Translations under genes and position numbers: made by a program
Assembly: GCA_973851085.1 (NCBI GenBank)
Contig: OZ316776.1
Coordinates: 3,348,001 to 3,412,000, forward strand
Length of the DNA stretch: 64,000 bases
Origin: Ptychomitrium polyphyllum
Taxonomy: Eukaryota
Reading direction: 5' to 3'
The notes under the pieces: generated by a model
What the model was told of the DNA's origin: nothing
The model's input: the letters and a program-made list of their open reading frames with translations, nothing else
Database searches by the model: none
Shown here: in pieces, positions 12,346-24,664 of the stretch
How the letters are laid out: each line of letters opens with the position of its first letter
How positions within the stretch are numbered: the first letter of the stretch is position 1

Positions 12346-13244
12346 CTACTCTGGTCCACCTCCAGGAACAAGCTGCAAACAAACACTCAAAATGTCAATT
12401 CCCAATCTGTACTTCAGTAAGACTTACGATGAGCTTGTTCAAAATCAACACATGTCGAGTTATGTGACACCTTACAAGCTGATAAGCTTCATGAACATTC
12501 TCGTTGTCAGATCAAGACGTGCCCCTGTCACAAAATTAAAAACCATATTAAAAGAGGAAATAACGAATGACTTACAATTGCAATGTTGTTTCCATTCAGC
12601 AAGATCTGCTCAAGCTTCGTGATACGTCTCCCTTCTGGAGTGATTTCACTGCACACAATCATCAAACAAAAAAACCATTACGCCTCATTGAAATTTTACT
12701 CACATCAACATTCGTCACCAATACTGTCCATCATTATCAAGCGATGCCACACTCTAAACTCACTACACAAACCAGCTAACATAACTCTTAAAAAACGGCA
12801 AACATATTCGCACACCGATACACGAGGACCTCAACTCATCGACATCGCAGCATGTCATGAACTCCAATTCACATACTCAACCAATGCCACACGAATACGA
12901 AACAGAAAACTCACTACTCGGTGACATCTTCCAGCACCATGTTGACATACACATCGAACCCTCGCAATGTCCCCACCAGCTCCTTGTCCCCCTTCATGAT
13001 CACCCATATCTTCGACCCAATGCACCTGTCAATAAGCTCTGCACCAAACCAACCACACCAACCCCCACACCCTCACATCAAAACCCCAATCCACATACAG
13101 TACCACATAAACCCCAGAACCCTAACCCCCCAAAACTCTTCCCCAACCTCACGCCATACTCAACGAAAAACTGAGTGGAAAGTTGCAAAAGAAGCTTAGG
13201 AGAATACCGGAGGGCATGAGATGGGACGGATTGTTGTGCGCCAT
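12346..13244 (-). CDS. LSM5: Sm-like protein LSM5 (86 aa)
   Basis: Exons 13244-13208, 13038-12915, 12648-12576 and 12372-12346 splice to [86 protein letters not shown]. Confidence 0.97.
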
Positions 13245-13451
13245 GGCACGACGAGCCCCGAGGCGATGAAGCGAGGGGAGATCAAGGAGCGAAGTGCGAG
13301 CAATAGAGTTAGGGCTTGCGTTTCTGGGGTTTGGCAGCAAGCGAAGCGAGCAAGCGCTCGTGTTCTGTCGGAGTTTCTGTCTCTACTCGCTAAGTTAATT
13401 ACTGCACGTAGGAAATTAGTGTGTATTGAACACAAATACATGTAAGCGATG

Positions 13452-13664
13452 CACATAGAAAACCGTCGCTGTACCCAGAACCAACACCGTCCACTGTAGG
13501 CGTACATATCAATTCACGAAGTATACAAATATCGGTAAAACCGATATCGGATATATTTACGCTATTACGAAGATTTTTCTTTGCAATTTGTACATTTCAG
13601 TATCACAAAGGTACGTCTCTGGTATATGATGCCGGTTTTGGGTACAGCGACGGTTTTTGGTATG
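13452..13664. mobile_element. MITE-like element with terminal inverted repeats, upstream of LSM5
   Basis: AAAACCGTCGCTGTACCCAGAACC (13459-13482) pairs with GGTTTTGGGTACAGCGACGGTTTT (13634-13657) at 23/24 positions. There is an internal hairpin ATATCGGT-AAA-ACCGATAT. Confidence 0.7.
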
Positions 13665-16289
13665 GATCCCTTTGCTTTTCAATTCTTGAAAATCCCAGAA
13701 ATGGAATATTGGTAAGGTAGTTGTGTTCATAAGGAAGAACATAGGGCAGCCTCCTATGAAGATTAATAAGCCGCCTACACTATTATTACCCATTAAAGTT
13801 TCGTTTTATTATTGATGGTTCAGGCTTGGTGATTAGTAGAAATGGGTTGAGAGTAGGTCTAAGTGGGATTTAGAGTGATGGTAATGGAAAGAGAGGTATA
13901 TGTACACTAGGCTGAAATGAAAAACATATAGTGGACATAGGCTCAGTATATGGAATTTACATAATTATGCATTTATTAAGTAGTGTTTATTAATAATTAT
14001 TTGGGTGGTTAAAGGATTAATTTACTAGTGGTTTTTGGCCTATTGCAAGAACACTTGTAATTGGGTGGTTTAATTACCAGTACTTGTTAATATTTTTATA
14101 AGGTTCACAAAAAAAAAGCATTCTTTATTGTGGTAATGATTGATTGTTCCACCTTATTTTTTAATGTAGAAAATTTATTAAATGTATAAGGCTTTAACAA
14201 AGGTAATAAATGTTTTTAAAGTATATATTCAAAAGTGATTTCATTTATAAGAGATTTCTGAAAATAAATTGATGAAAAGTGTATTATTTCTATTCTAATC
14301 TTTTGGTACATAAAACAAGTAATTTTAGTACATGATATTGTGTAGATATTGTGGATTTTAAAATATTATGCTAGAAAATTAAAACAAAGTGCAAAAACAT
14401 TGTATTGAGCATAATATAGAGCTTTCTTTGTATAAATTATTTATGTGCTATGACTACATTTTGTCAAATTTGCACCAAAATTATATGGATCTTATATTGA
14501 TTCTATTTTGGATTAAATTTAAAAATAAACAATACAAGTAGTGTTGTTAAAATGTTATCACTTAGAATTTTTTAATTCAATTAGGAGCTAAAATTACACT
14601 ATACAATGGCTTTTGGTTTTATATGCACTTCAAAATTTTATTTTATCTTTTGTAACTTAATATGGAAAATATTATATAACATGGTTATTATATGATATTT
14701 ATTTTTTTCATTTTTTACACATTATAAATCATAATTTTTAATTCTATCTATATATTTTATATAATTTTATTGCTTGCAAATATTTTATTAGCATTAATAG
14801 CAATTCTAAAAACTTATTGAACATTATAAATACAAAGTCATGAAAATATTAGGCAATCAATGAATTTCGTTTTAATTATCTTTAGCATATGGAATTTTTT
14901 AAAACTTATATCAATAGCTTGAAGTAGTTTTGATACTTTAATGCCAAAATAATTATTATTTAGAATCATGCATAATTAAAAAAAACAAATTGAAGCAACT
15001 TAAAATAAGAAACAACATTTTTTATTTTTTTAATAACATTTAAGTTTTTGTTCAATAAGCAATAAATTTCTTTGGTTATATTTAATAAACTATTATTTAG
15101 TGGTTTCTATGTGCTAATGGTTTGTATTAGGTAAGGAGCTTATCTTTAATAATAGAGAATTATGTTTAAAATTATGTAGACGTTTATTTTAATATACTTA
15201 TTGTACTTAAGTATTGTTTTTTTTTTAAAATTAATATTAATTTTAGCTAACTTATTTGCCATCATCAAACATAGTATTAGGAATTCTATGCAATAAATCA
15301 ATCATTCTCAAATCATAAAAAATTTATATAAAATTTTGAAAAGAAAAAATATTATTATTTTATCATCTAAGTGATTTCAACAATAAAATGAAAATAAAAT
15401 GAAAATCATAAGGTGGTATGTAATAATGATTATTTTGTTATGTTTTATTTTATATCATGTATTTATTGTTTCAATATTGATATATCAATAGTTATTAATA
15501 TCTAATTTATTAGTGATTATTTCAATCTGTAATATAATTTTAAAATAATATTAAATTCAACAATACAATAATGAGTAATATTGATTTATAATTATAAAAA
15601 TATTTAGTTCCTTTACCTGAAAATGAACTTATATATTATAATTTAATTTAATATGAGTATGAATGTTATAATAAATTATAAAATGTATTCTAAACTTTTA
15701 TTTTTAAATGAAATATACAATTATTATTTTGTATTTTTAATAAATTATATCAATAAATCAAATTTGGTATATAAAACAAACTGTAGACTGTATTGGTATC
15801 CTTAGAAAAAATATTTTGGAATAAAAGATTAATTACAGAATGTAAATTATGCATTAAACTATACACTTAAAAATATTTATAACACAAATCAAAATCATAA
15901 ATGTTGACATTTCAATTTATATCAATGTAATTCAATTTTATAATAACATTATCAAAATTTTAGAGTAAATTTTAAAGAGTTGTTTTTCCAAAATTCAATT
16001 GTAAATCATATGTTGATTTAAAGAGCCAAATTCTAAATTATATTTATAATTCTAAATCATGAATAAAATAAAGTATTTTTTATATACTAATTTAATTATA
16101 TTTTTTCATTAATTTATTATTTTATAATATCAATTATGGTTATTGTAGAATTTAATTGTACGGATATAATTTATATGCTAGCATATACAACTTTGTCTTA
16201 ATTGCAAATTCATGTTGATAAATCACTAAACCTTTTATAAGACATTTAAGAAAATCACATGTTTTTTGATTTTAAACAATTAATACTTT

Positions 16290-16677
16290 TTACATACATT
16301 TCTTGAAGATATCAATATCATGAATGGAAAGACAAGATAAAGGAAGTAGAATAACTAGATTTCATATCAAGAATTATAAACTATGATAAGAAACTAAGGC
16401 CAAAAAATGTCTAAATTAAATTACAAAAAATACATTGTGGAGATTGAATTTTTTTTTAGCCTTAACTCCTATATATATTAAAACTACAAAGTGTTGGAAG
16501 CATCTTAAGAAGCTTTCAGTACAACACAATACTCAAGTTAACCAAGAGTGCTTTGTTGGAAGCTTTCTTAATTAATATAACTTTTTTAAAAGCTTTTTTA
16601 ATCACAGTAACTTCCTTGGACGATTTCATGACCTTCTTGAACCTTCCTGAAAGCTTCTAATATGTATATTCTTGACA
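16290..16677 (-). mobile_element. Decayed LTR-like fragment (gypsy-type LTR family)
   Basis: AGAAGCTT/GGAAGCTT-rich tract and an ...ATATTCTTGACA end resembling the LTRs at 47.0 and 50.2 kb. The left boundary is approximate. Confidence 0.35.
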
Positions 16678-17422
16678 ATTAAAGTATAAAGAATACCTAA
16701 AATGATGAAGTTTTTATAACATTATTTTGTGTAATTTGAAAATTTGTTGTTAAAGCTTTTATTTTCAATTCTGTACTTAATTTAACATAAAATTATTAGC
16801 TTATTATTTCCTAAAAGTTTAAATGAATTTAATTTTAAACACATACCTTGGAACTAATAGGCAATTAACATAAAAATTGGGATTAACTTAGATGGTTAAA
16901 ATGAAACAAAATGTGATTAAAAGAAATATTTGAATACAATTCATAACTCAAAATTCTAGATGGCGTGACTTTAAGGAATTAACATGTTCCATGTATGTAT
17001 CTCAATAACTAAATAATGTATCATTACATCCAAAATTACTCTTAAATAAAATCATGAATATTTACAAAGCATAGAAATGATTCATATTTATATACAATCT
17101 AATGTTTTTCCATTAATTCTGAAACTTCAACTTTATTTTAAAGATATATTTTCAAAAATGATCATTTCAGGAATCTCCATTTTAAAAACCTTTCTTTTTA
17201 ACAGTTAAAAAATAATTATTCACAGATTAATAACCTCATCACATGATTCTTGGCAAAAAAACCCTGAACACAAACTTTTTCCAGTTTAGACCAGAAAGCA
17301 TTAATAAAGTTTAAAATATAAATTATCCAACATCAGAAGCTAAAGTAAAAGCTAGGCTATATAAACATAAAGAATTTTTATTATAAATGAATTGTTTTAC
17401 AACTTTAGAAAATGTGTCACCC

Positions 17423-17466
17423 GTATAGATAATGTAGGGTTTTCAGTACAGCGACTGGTTGGCGTG
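17423..17466. mobile_element. Single TIR of the same MITE-like family, upstream of FREE1
   Basis: TAGATAATGTAGGGTTTTCAGTACAGCGACTGGTTGGCGTG resembles the right TIR at 13621-13664. Confidence 0.5.
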
Positions 17467-18327
17467 TACTTCCGATACCAGGCCTGCCTCGGTTGAGGCC
17501 CGCCTCAGACCGCCCTCGAAACGCGCCAGCCAAACACGTGGAGACAAGCAACCAAGGACGCTCTTGACCGACGGACCGACCGACTGAGAGAACGAAAGCA
17601 CGAACGAATAGGCGAACGAAGGAACGAGCGAACGAGCGAATGAGCTTATGCTCGGACGACGAACTGACGAACGAACGATCACTATAAAGAACGAAGAAGC
17701 CCAGATTCGTTGAAAGCAAAGCAAAACACAAAGCACAAGCAAGGTGGAGCGTTGCAGAGCTTCCACCATCGCTCTTCACCACCATCGCCACTACAATTAT
17801 CGCCTGCAGTGCACATCAGCCTCGCCATCTCCTTTCACAGCTTCTCACTCGTACATTCGTTCCTCACTCTGGTGGTTAACTTTCAGGTTCTGCAGAGTTC
17901 AATTGCTGAAGTGGAGTTCACATCTCGTGGTGGAGTGGTTTGATTCTGGATTGTGGATTCCAGGTTTCATTTTCTGGTTTTCATCTTCCTCTAGTGGTAC
18001 GTGTGTTGATTTTGGTTGCGGGAGAGCCTCGGAGATCAAGTCCTGAATTTGAGTCCTTTTGAGTGGTTTTGAGGGTTATCGAGTTTTAGGGTTTGGACTT
18101 GGATGTGGATTTGTGGGTGCATGGAGGTTCTGGTTTGATCGAGGTTTCGTGAATTGGGTTTGTGTTGGTTGATGATCAAGAGAATTTCGTGTCGCGGGTT
18201 TTGAGTTTCGTGTTGTGGTTTTGGGTTCCAGGTTGTTGTTGGGGGTGGAATTTTTGGAGGAGGGGTTGGTTCTCGTGGTGAATTGTGTGATAAGGGACGG
18301 TTTTTGGAGATCAGAGAGGAGGTCGAG

Positions 18328-21300
18328 ATGCAGCAAGCGGGGACTTACGGCGGGGGCTACATGCCGCCCGTGCAGAATTACGCATCCACAGCACCTTCGT
18401 CGTATAACATGGATGCGTATGGCGTTCCAGCGCCGCAGACTTCGTATGGTGCTCCAACCGTGCCGCAAGCTGCGTATGGACAGCCTCAAGAGCCGGTGTA
18501 TTTGTCACAAGAGTCGACATACCTGGCTCAGGAGCCTGCTTACAGCCCTAACTCTGCATATGCCCCTTCGCAACCGTCTTATGCTCCCGTTGTGCCATCG
18601 TACAGCCCCGGAGCTCCTTCGTATGATTACTACAGCAGCTCAGCTCTACCCTCTTCCACTCCCCCTACCCAGGTGCCATCTTACTTGGCACCATCTCACA
18701 GTGATGGAGGTTATGGTGGGCTTCAAAGCTATGGAAGTGGAGGGTCTCAAGGAGCGCCTACCGCTGGCGCAGAGTCTGTAGGGTACCAACAGGTTGGTTA
18801 TGATCAGAGTGGATACAGCAGAGGTGGATATGAGCAAGCTGGATATGGATCGCAGGGAGGTGGAGTGATTGTTTCTGAATATGAGCGCGATGGGTATAGC
18901 TCCCAGCGGGTTGGAGGAGGAAATTTTAACAATAGTTCGTATGATGATGGATTTGCTGAGGTTTATGCTTACGATGGTGGTCAGGCAGGGGAGCCTTATG
19001 GCGCTCGTGGGACAGGGGGGAGTTTGTGGAGTGCTGGAGAATCGAGGGGGAGTTTTGGAAGTTCAGGTGGATCTAAAGTGGCGAGGGCTGTGCCGAAGGT
19101 GGAAAGTGATAGCACAGGTGGAGGGATTCAGAAATATCGAGTGAAGTTGCTTCCTGACGTGAGCTCCTCTATAACGAAGGACGTTATTTGTCAGGTTCTC
19201 TATTACGTCAAACTTCAATCTTCTTCTGCGGAGTTCATTTTGAGTGTTGAGGCTGTAATTCTCCACTGAAAGGGAATTCGAATGGTCTTTTTACTTTTGA
19301 TGTCTTCTGCTGTTACCATGTTTTTTTTGCGTTTTTGATACTTTGAGTATAGGGACTTAATTTTTTGTATCTTTAGTCTAGGCATTGTGGACGTGAAGTA
19401 AATAGTAGTTTGCATCTTTTTTCGTATCAAGCTAGCGACAAGAAATACTATTCTATGAGCTGAGAATGTCACTTAATTTTACTGGATTTGGACGTGGAGA
19501 AGTGCAGATAGGTCTTGATGGTGTTCGCATGTTGGATCCCAGCACAAGTAGATCCTTACGTATATATCCATTGGAGACGATCACTCGTTGGGAGGTAACT
19601 ATTCTTTGTGCTCTGACTCCTCTCAACTGTTCAATTCAAAGCTCTACTTCAAGGGTTACAACCTGTTCTCAATACCGTAGAGTCTATATTACAATTCGTT
19701 TTAAAGATCATGCTTTGGATTGTGGGAAACAGGTGAACGAGCCTGCTATCTTTACTTTTTGGGCAAAGAGTGCTGTCGACATTGAGCAACGTTGTATACG
19801 GCTGCAGTCAAGCTCTTACACCACCAGCGCTATTCTTGACACGATCACTGCTGCGTGTGTTCAGGTTTGTCGTTTGCATTTGTGTTATTACGGTAGTGTG
19901 TTTGTTCAGCAGAAATGACTTTCTGAATATTGTCAACATGTCATTCGCTTTGTAATTTAGATAGTTCCAAGATCGGCCCAATGTTTTGCAATCTTGAGTG
20001 GAATCTAATAACATTGGTGCATAATTTGGAGGCGCAGCTTTGTGAGATGGTTGGTAAAGATGGCCCGGATAAGTCGGCTGCTGGAAGCACTACACCTTCA
20101 GATACTAGTCTCCCTCGAAAGAGTTCCATAGCAGACTGGGTTTCACTTCGGCCTCGAATGCTCAGTGAGGAGGAGAAGCAGCACTGGGTACTTGTTCTCC
20201 TCCTACGGTTGCATGCGTATTTTTTATTTTCAGCAGAAACCTCGTCATACTTAAAAGCTTTTTAGAACTCCCATGTGTTTATGATTTATCAACTACAAAC
20301 CTACACGATTTTACCTGCGTCTTATATTTGGTATCAAATTTACAGGTCCCAGATGAAGCAGCTACGAAGTGCAGCAATTGTGATGCTGATTTTTCTGCAT
20401 TTGTTCGGCGGGTATGTCTCTACCTCCTTCAGATGATCATTACGGTGAAGAGCTGATTTGGTGCTGAGAGGCTTTGTATCTTCTTTAGCACATTACCTAT
20501 CCAGTGGGTCATATGTATGGGGCAACTGCTTTAGTGTTAAAGAGCAAGATTAGAGCTCATTTGGCAACAGGACATTTTGAGTTATTCTATGTGATAGGAT
20601 AAAGTGGTGCCTTTTTTCTTTGAAAGTCTCGTTTTTTAACATGAGGTTTTGTAAGGATATGAGTAGTTGAATGAATCTTAAATAGGTGAATGAAATTCAA
20701 TATTTCTGTACCTTACTGTAATTTCTCGCTTTGATTGGATGCAATAGCATCATTGTAGGAATTGTGGAGACGTATTCTGCGATAGGTGCACAAGAGGAAG
20801 AACTCCACTGACATCGGAGGAAGGCGCTCAAGCTGTGCGAGTTTGTGATCGTTGTTTGGTAAGTCTTTCGAAACTGTAATAATCAAGAACTATGTAGATG
20901 TCATAGGAGTACAGCGTACAGACTTGATTCTAGTTTTCAAACTCTAGAGTGGAGGATGATATTATTTAATTAATAGATAGTTTATCTTGAATTAGAACCA
21001 ACAAAATTGTGATTGCTTATTGAACGTGCAAGCATTTGCTGTGAAGGTCCATAATCTAAACTTTAAAATCAAACTAGTGTAGCATTGTCAACAGCTCCTT
21101 TCACATCCCAAAATAGTTAAGCAATCAATTTCTAGGGAAGTTTTTCTTCATTTAAGGAGTCTCAACAGTTTATTTTACCAGTAAGTTCCGATTATTTTCT
21201 TGCAATCGACTATACGAATTTGAGGATTTTGGTCGTGATGTCTTTAGGCTGAGGTTACACAGAGATTATCCAACGCCAAGGAATTAAGCAAAGTGCCCGT

Positions 21301-21949
21301 CCAGCGTACTCATGAAGATTTGGCGAAGAAGTTGCAGGTAAACGGTCAGCAGTTGTGTGCATACGTAACTGTAGCCTCTCTTTGACAGCGGAGTGTTACA
21401 ATGGAACGTTTTATGTGTTGATCTGTAACAAGTATAGGATTCTAACTGTTATTGCTTGAAACGTTTAAAATGTGCAGGAAGAACTCGAGAGGAACGCAGG
21501 AAGAAGAGACAGTGGCAGCAGTAAAGGAGTCTCTGGAAGTACTGGTAATAAAGGCTCTGGTACATCTGTACTCAACTGTAGCAAGTGTGGAAACATATCA
21601 TTGGTCTCCGGTGGGAACTCACGTTGTCCATCTTGTGGTGCTGAGTCTCCTTCAAACCATGTACAAGGAAGCAACTATATTTCATCTGCAACTCAGGGCT
21701 CCGGTCCAAGAATGCGCGAGGTGGCCTGCCCTACTTGCACCGTGCATCTGCAGGTCTTTTTCTCCTTACTTTGTGAGGTTAACTCTTTTTACGCATCCTT
21801 TTTAAATGAAATTTCATCATGTCATTACTTTGATCCAGACCGTGCCTGATGTCCTCGATTTGTCTCATGAACAGGTCCAAGTTCCAAGCTCTGGAACAGA
21901 AACGATTGAATGCGGAGTCTGTCAGCATCCATTTCTTGTCAGCGCCTAA
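18328..21949 (+). CDS. FREE1: FYVE-domain ESCRT component FREE1/FYVE1
   Basis: Exons 18328-19194, 19508-19594, 19733-19864, 20038-20187, 20346-20411, 20748-20858, 21248-21337, 21478-21753 and 21875-21949. Domains: Pro/Tyr/Gly-rich N-terminus, PH-like region (IGLDGVRMLDPSTSRSLRIYPLE), FYVE (WVPDE...RRHHCRNCG...RVCDRC), coiled coil, and C-terminal EVACPTCTVHLQVQVP...ECGVCQHPFLVSA*. Confidence 0.95.
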
Positions 21950-23472
21950 TCTCAAAGACATATCGTTGGTATAGCACACATTCTTCAAGCAGTTCTTTAC
22001 CTTACACTAACCATCTTGGAACCAACTCGTTATGGTTCTCTTAAGGTCTTGCGAGCTTCAGGAGGAGCCCCGTTGTTAATGTCGTTTTGTACAGAATTGA
22101 AACTCACAAGTTTGTTCGAGTATTTTCAGTATTCTAGTCCTAGTCATGCACTTTTCAAAAACAGATCTCGAAATTCGAGTGATGGCCTTCCTCTCTACCT
22201 TCTGAAGACAGTTGCATCTTAGACATGGGTGGTATGGGTGTCTCTGACAACCATTTGTTGACAAGGTGATTGGTTTAAGAGCCTGTCTTAGCCGCACTGA
22301 TGTCTGAGTTTTAACCAAGCTCTGATATAGGTCATTGGTGTACAAACCCGTACTTTAAATTGCGGAGTATGTAGTGTTTCGTTTGTATAGGAAGTCAGCA
22401 CGTGAAGAACCTGCGGGAGCCGGAATTTAGTTGTTGTGTTCACCTAAAGAAGTCTATAAATTGGTCACATGACTTTGAAGGCAGCACTTTCATGGATGAT
22501 CTTATTACATTATCTCAGCTGTGCCCACGGAGGGCAAGTTTCGTTAAAGTGTTGTAGGAAGCTTTGAAACGCTGCCTCTAAATCGAGTAAAAATATGTTT
22601 GCAACTTTCTGTGAACATCTTAATTTAATTCTCTGAAGCATTTTTTACTTTGAAATTGAAACATTTCAGGCTTAATCAGGTTTTTTGCTTGATTTCGGCC
22701 GAGTCAACTGATCTAGAACACCTAGAGACCTACTCTCTAGAGGCACGATATTATTATGTTCATCAGAAGTGTATACACTTTTAGGCTTTGAGTAATCGGA
22801 CTCTTCCTACTTTCCTCCTACGATCCAAGTATGTTGGCCTAAGATTTAGTTTAGTTTTTGACGGATATACATCATCTTTCAGAGATTGGTGTCTACGAAG
22901 CCCCGATCTGCGGTATTCTGCTCAGTGCAGGACATGGTGAGGTGCAACCATTTGCCAGCACCGTATTACTACAGTACTTCAATTAGATTAAAAAAGAACA
23001 CTATCAATACATTCATACCGTAACTTAGTGTCCTGAATGATATACTATTTTACACTGAGAAAATCAGTAAACAAACTTAAGGATTAAATCAAAGCAGGCT
23101 TCAAGTACACAATAAGTACTCACATTTTATGAGCCTCAATCGAGCGTGACGATGTACTGTACATGCAACCCAAAGTGCAGCGGCAACATCAACGTTTCAC
23201 CGTTACAACTTAAGTTACAATGCACAACTTGCAATGACGCATTGCATACCCACGTCATAGGTACAATGAAGCCGTCTACAAGTAGCCCTTGCTTTACATA
23301 CACATACAAAGTTCACGTCTAGGCTTGAGCAGGTCCAAACACTAGGCGAAAATGAGTAGTATCATAGCGTGCTTTGTGTGTCAAAGCACGGAAAACTCTA
23401 GGGCACTATATCACGGCCCTTTACACAATAGAGCTAAACATTCTTGGTAAGAGGACCACTGAGGTAAACTTC

Positions 23473-23739
23473 TTAGATATCTGAAGGCTCGCCCTTAACC
23501 ACCTTATAGGACTTCTTAGGGCTCTCGGGAAAAGCTGGCTCCTCTGCCCTTTCGACAGGACGCGGAGCTTCCACGTAGGGAGTGTTAGCAATCTCCTCGT
23601 CGGGGTCATAATCGGGATCCAAGGATCTGTTTATCGCTGCTCGGCCCGATTCCATGCATGGCTTGCAAGCAATCTCCACAGCTCCCCATCCAAGAATCAG
23701 GGCAACCACCACAAGTATCGTAGTCTCAATCGCCCCCAT
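23473..23739 (-). CDS. OEP7: Chloroplast outer envelope membrane protein 7-like (88 aa); probable 5'-UTR intron ~23776-24265
   Basis: MGAIETTILVVVALILGWGAVEIACKPC...RSLDPDYDPDE matches the OEP7 pattern: a TM helix ending LGWxAxEIAxKP, then an acidic DPxxDPD motif. Confidence 0.82.
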   Translation of the reverse strand: MGAIETTILVVVALILGWGAVEIACKPCMESGRAAINRSLDPDYDPDEEIANTPYVEAPRPVERAEEPAFPESPKKSYKVVKGEPSDI

Positions 23740-24434
23740 AGCCAAACCTCGAACCCTTCCGCTTCCTACCAAATTCTGAAGGAGTCGTCACTACAGCCTA
23801 ACCCACAAGCCGTGTCTCAGAATTTCATCAACTATGGATAGTGCAACAGAGTGGAGGATTTTCTGACAACAAAATGCAAATATCCAAAAACTCCATAATT
23901 CATCGAAATTCTAGAGAACATGGACACAAATCCCGCACAAGAAAGAATTGATCACACATATACCAATACGCCAATACGAACATCACTGTCAATGTCCACT
24001 TCAAAGCTCGACCACACCATATCCTCACACAAGAACAAGGACTCTAGTTCACTCACCATCTTCCCAATCACCACCTACTCTACAATACCCGCCATAATAA
24101 CACATGTCACAGCATTAAAAGAAGGTCGCATCAAAAGAAAATTCTATTCGCTCATCGATATTCCACTCATCAGAAACTGATTATCTTCAATTAGCATCCA
24201 ACTCCATGCGCTATCAAACCCTAAGAGACGAGCTCATCACTGCCATGTGCCAGTGCAGAATCGTACCTGGGCGCAGATGGTCTACCGGGCCCTCGATAAG
24301 CTTGAGAGGCGAGGAAGCTGCAGTCTCAGCTCCCAATGCGATGAGTGCAATTCAACATGAGCTCGTGGGAGCGAGGATTGTTGAGTGCGCTTGCAGCAAC
24401 AGCATCGCCAATCGTGAGCTCTAGCTGAAGTCTG

Positions 24435-24664
24435 CATACCAAAAACCGTCATGGTACCCCAAAGCCCACATCGACTTCTGACTACCTACAATTTAGTACA
24501 CAAAGTCAACGATCTTTGTAGATAACACCGGTTTTATATAGAGTGGCTTACAGTGGTGTTCACATCTTCAACATCTGCCTCGGGTTCCATAGAGTTTATG
24601 AAAATGAATGTCAACCAGAGGTAGATGGTGCTGGTTTTAGGTGAAGTGGTGGTTTTTGGTATAC
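24435..24664. mobile_element. MITE-like element (same TIR family), upstream of the OEP7-like gene
   Basis: Left end CATACCAAAAACCGTCATGGTACCCCAAAGC; right end GTAGATGGTGCTGGTTTTAGGTGAAGTGGTGGTTTTTGGTATA. Confidence 0.6.
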
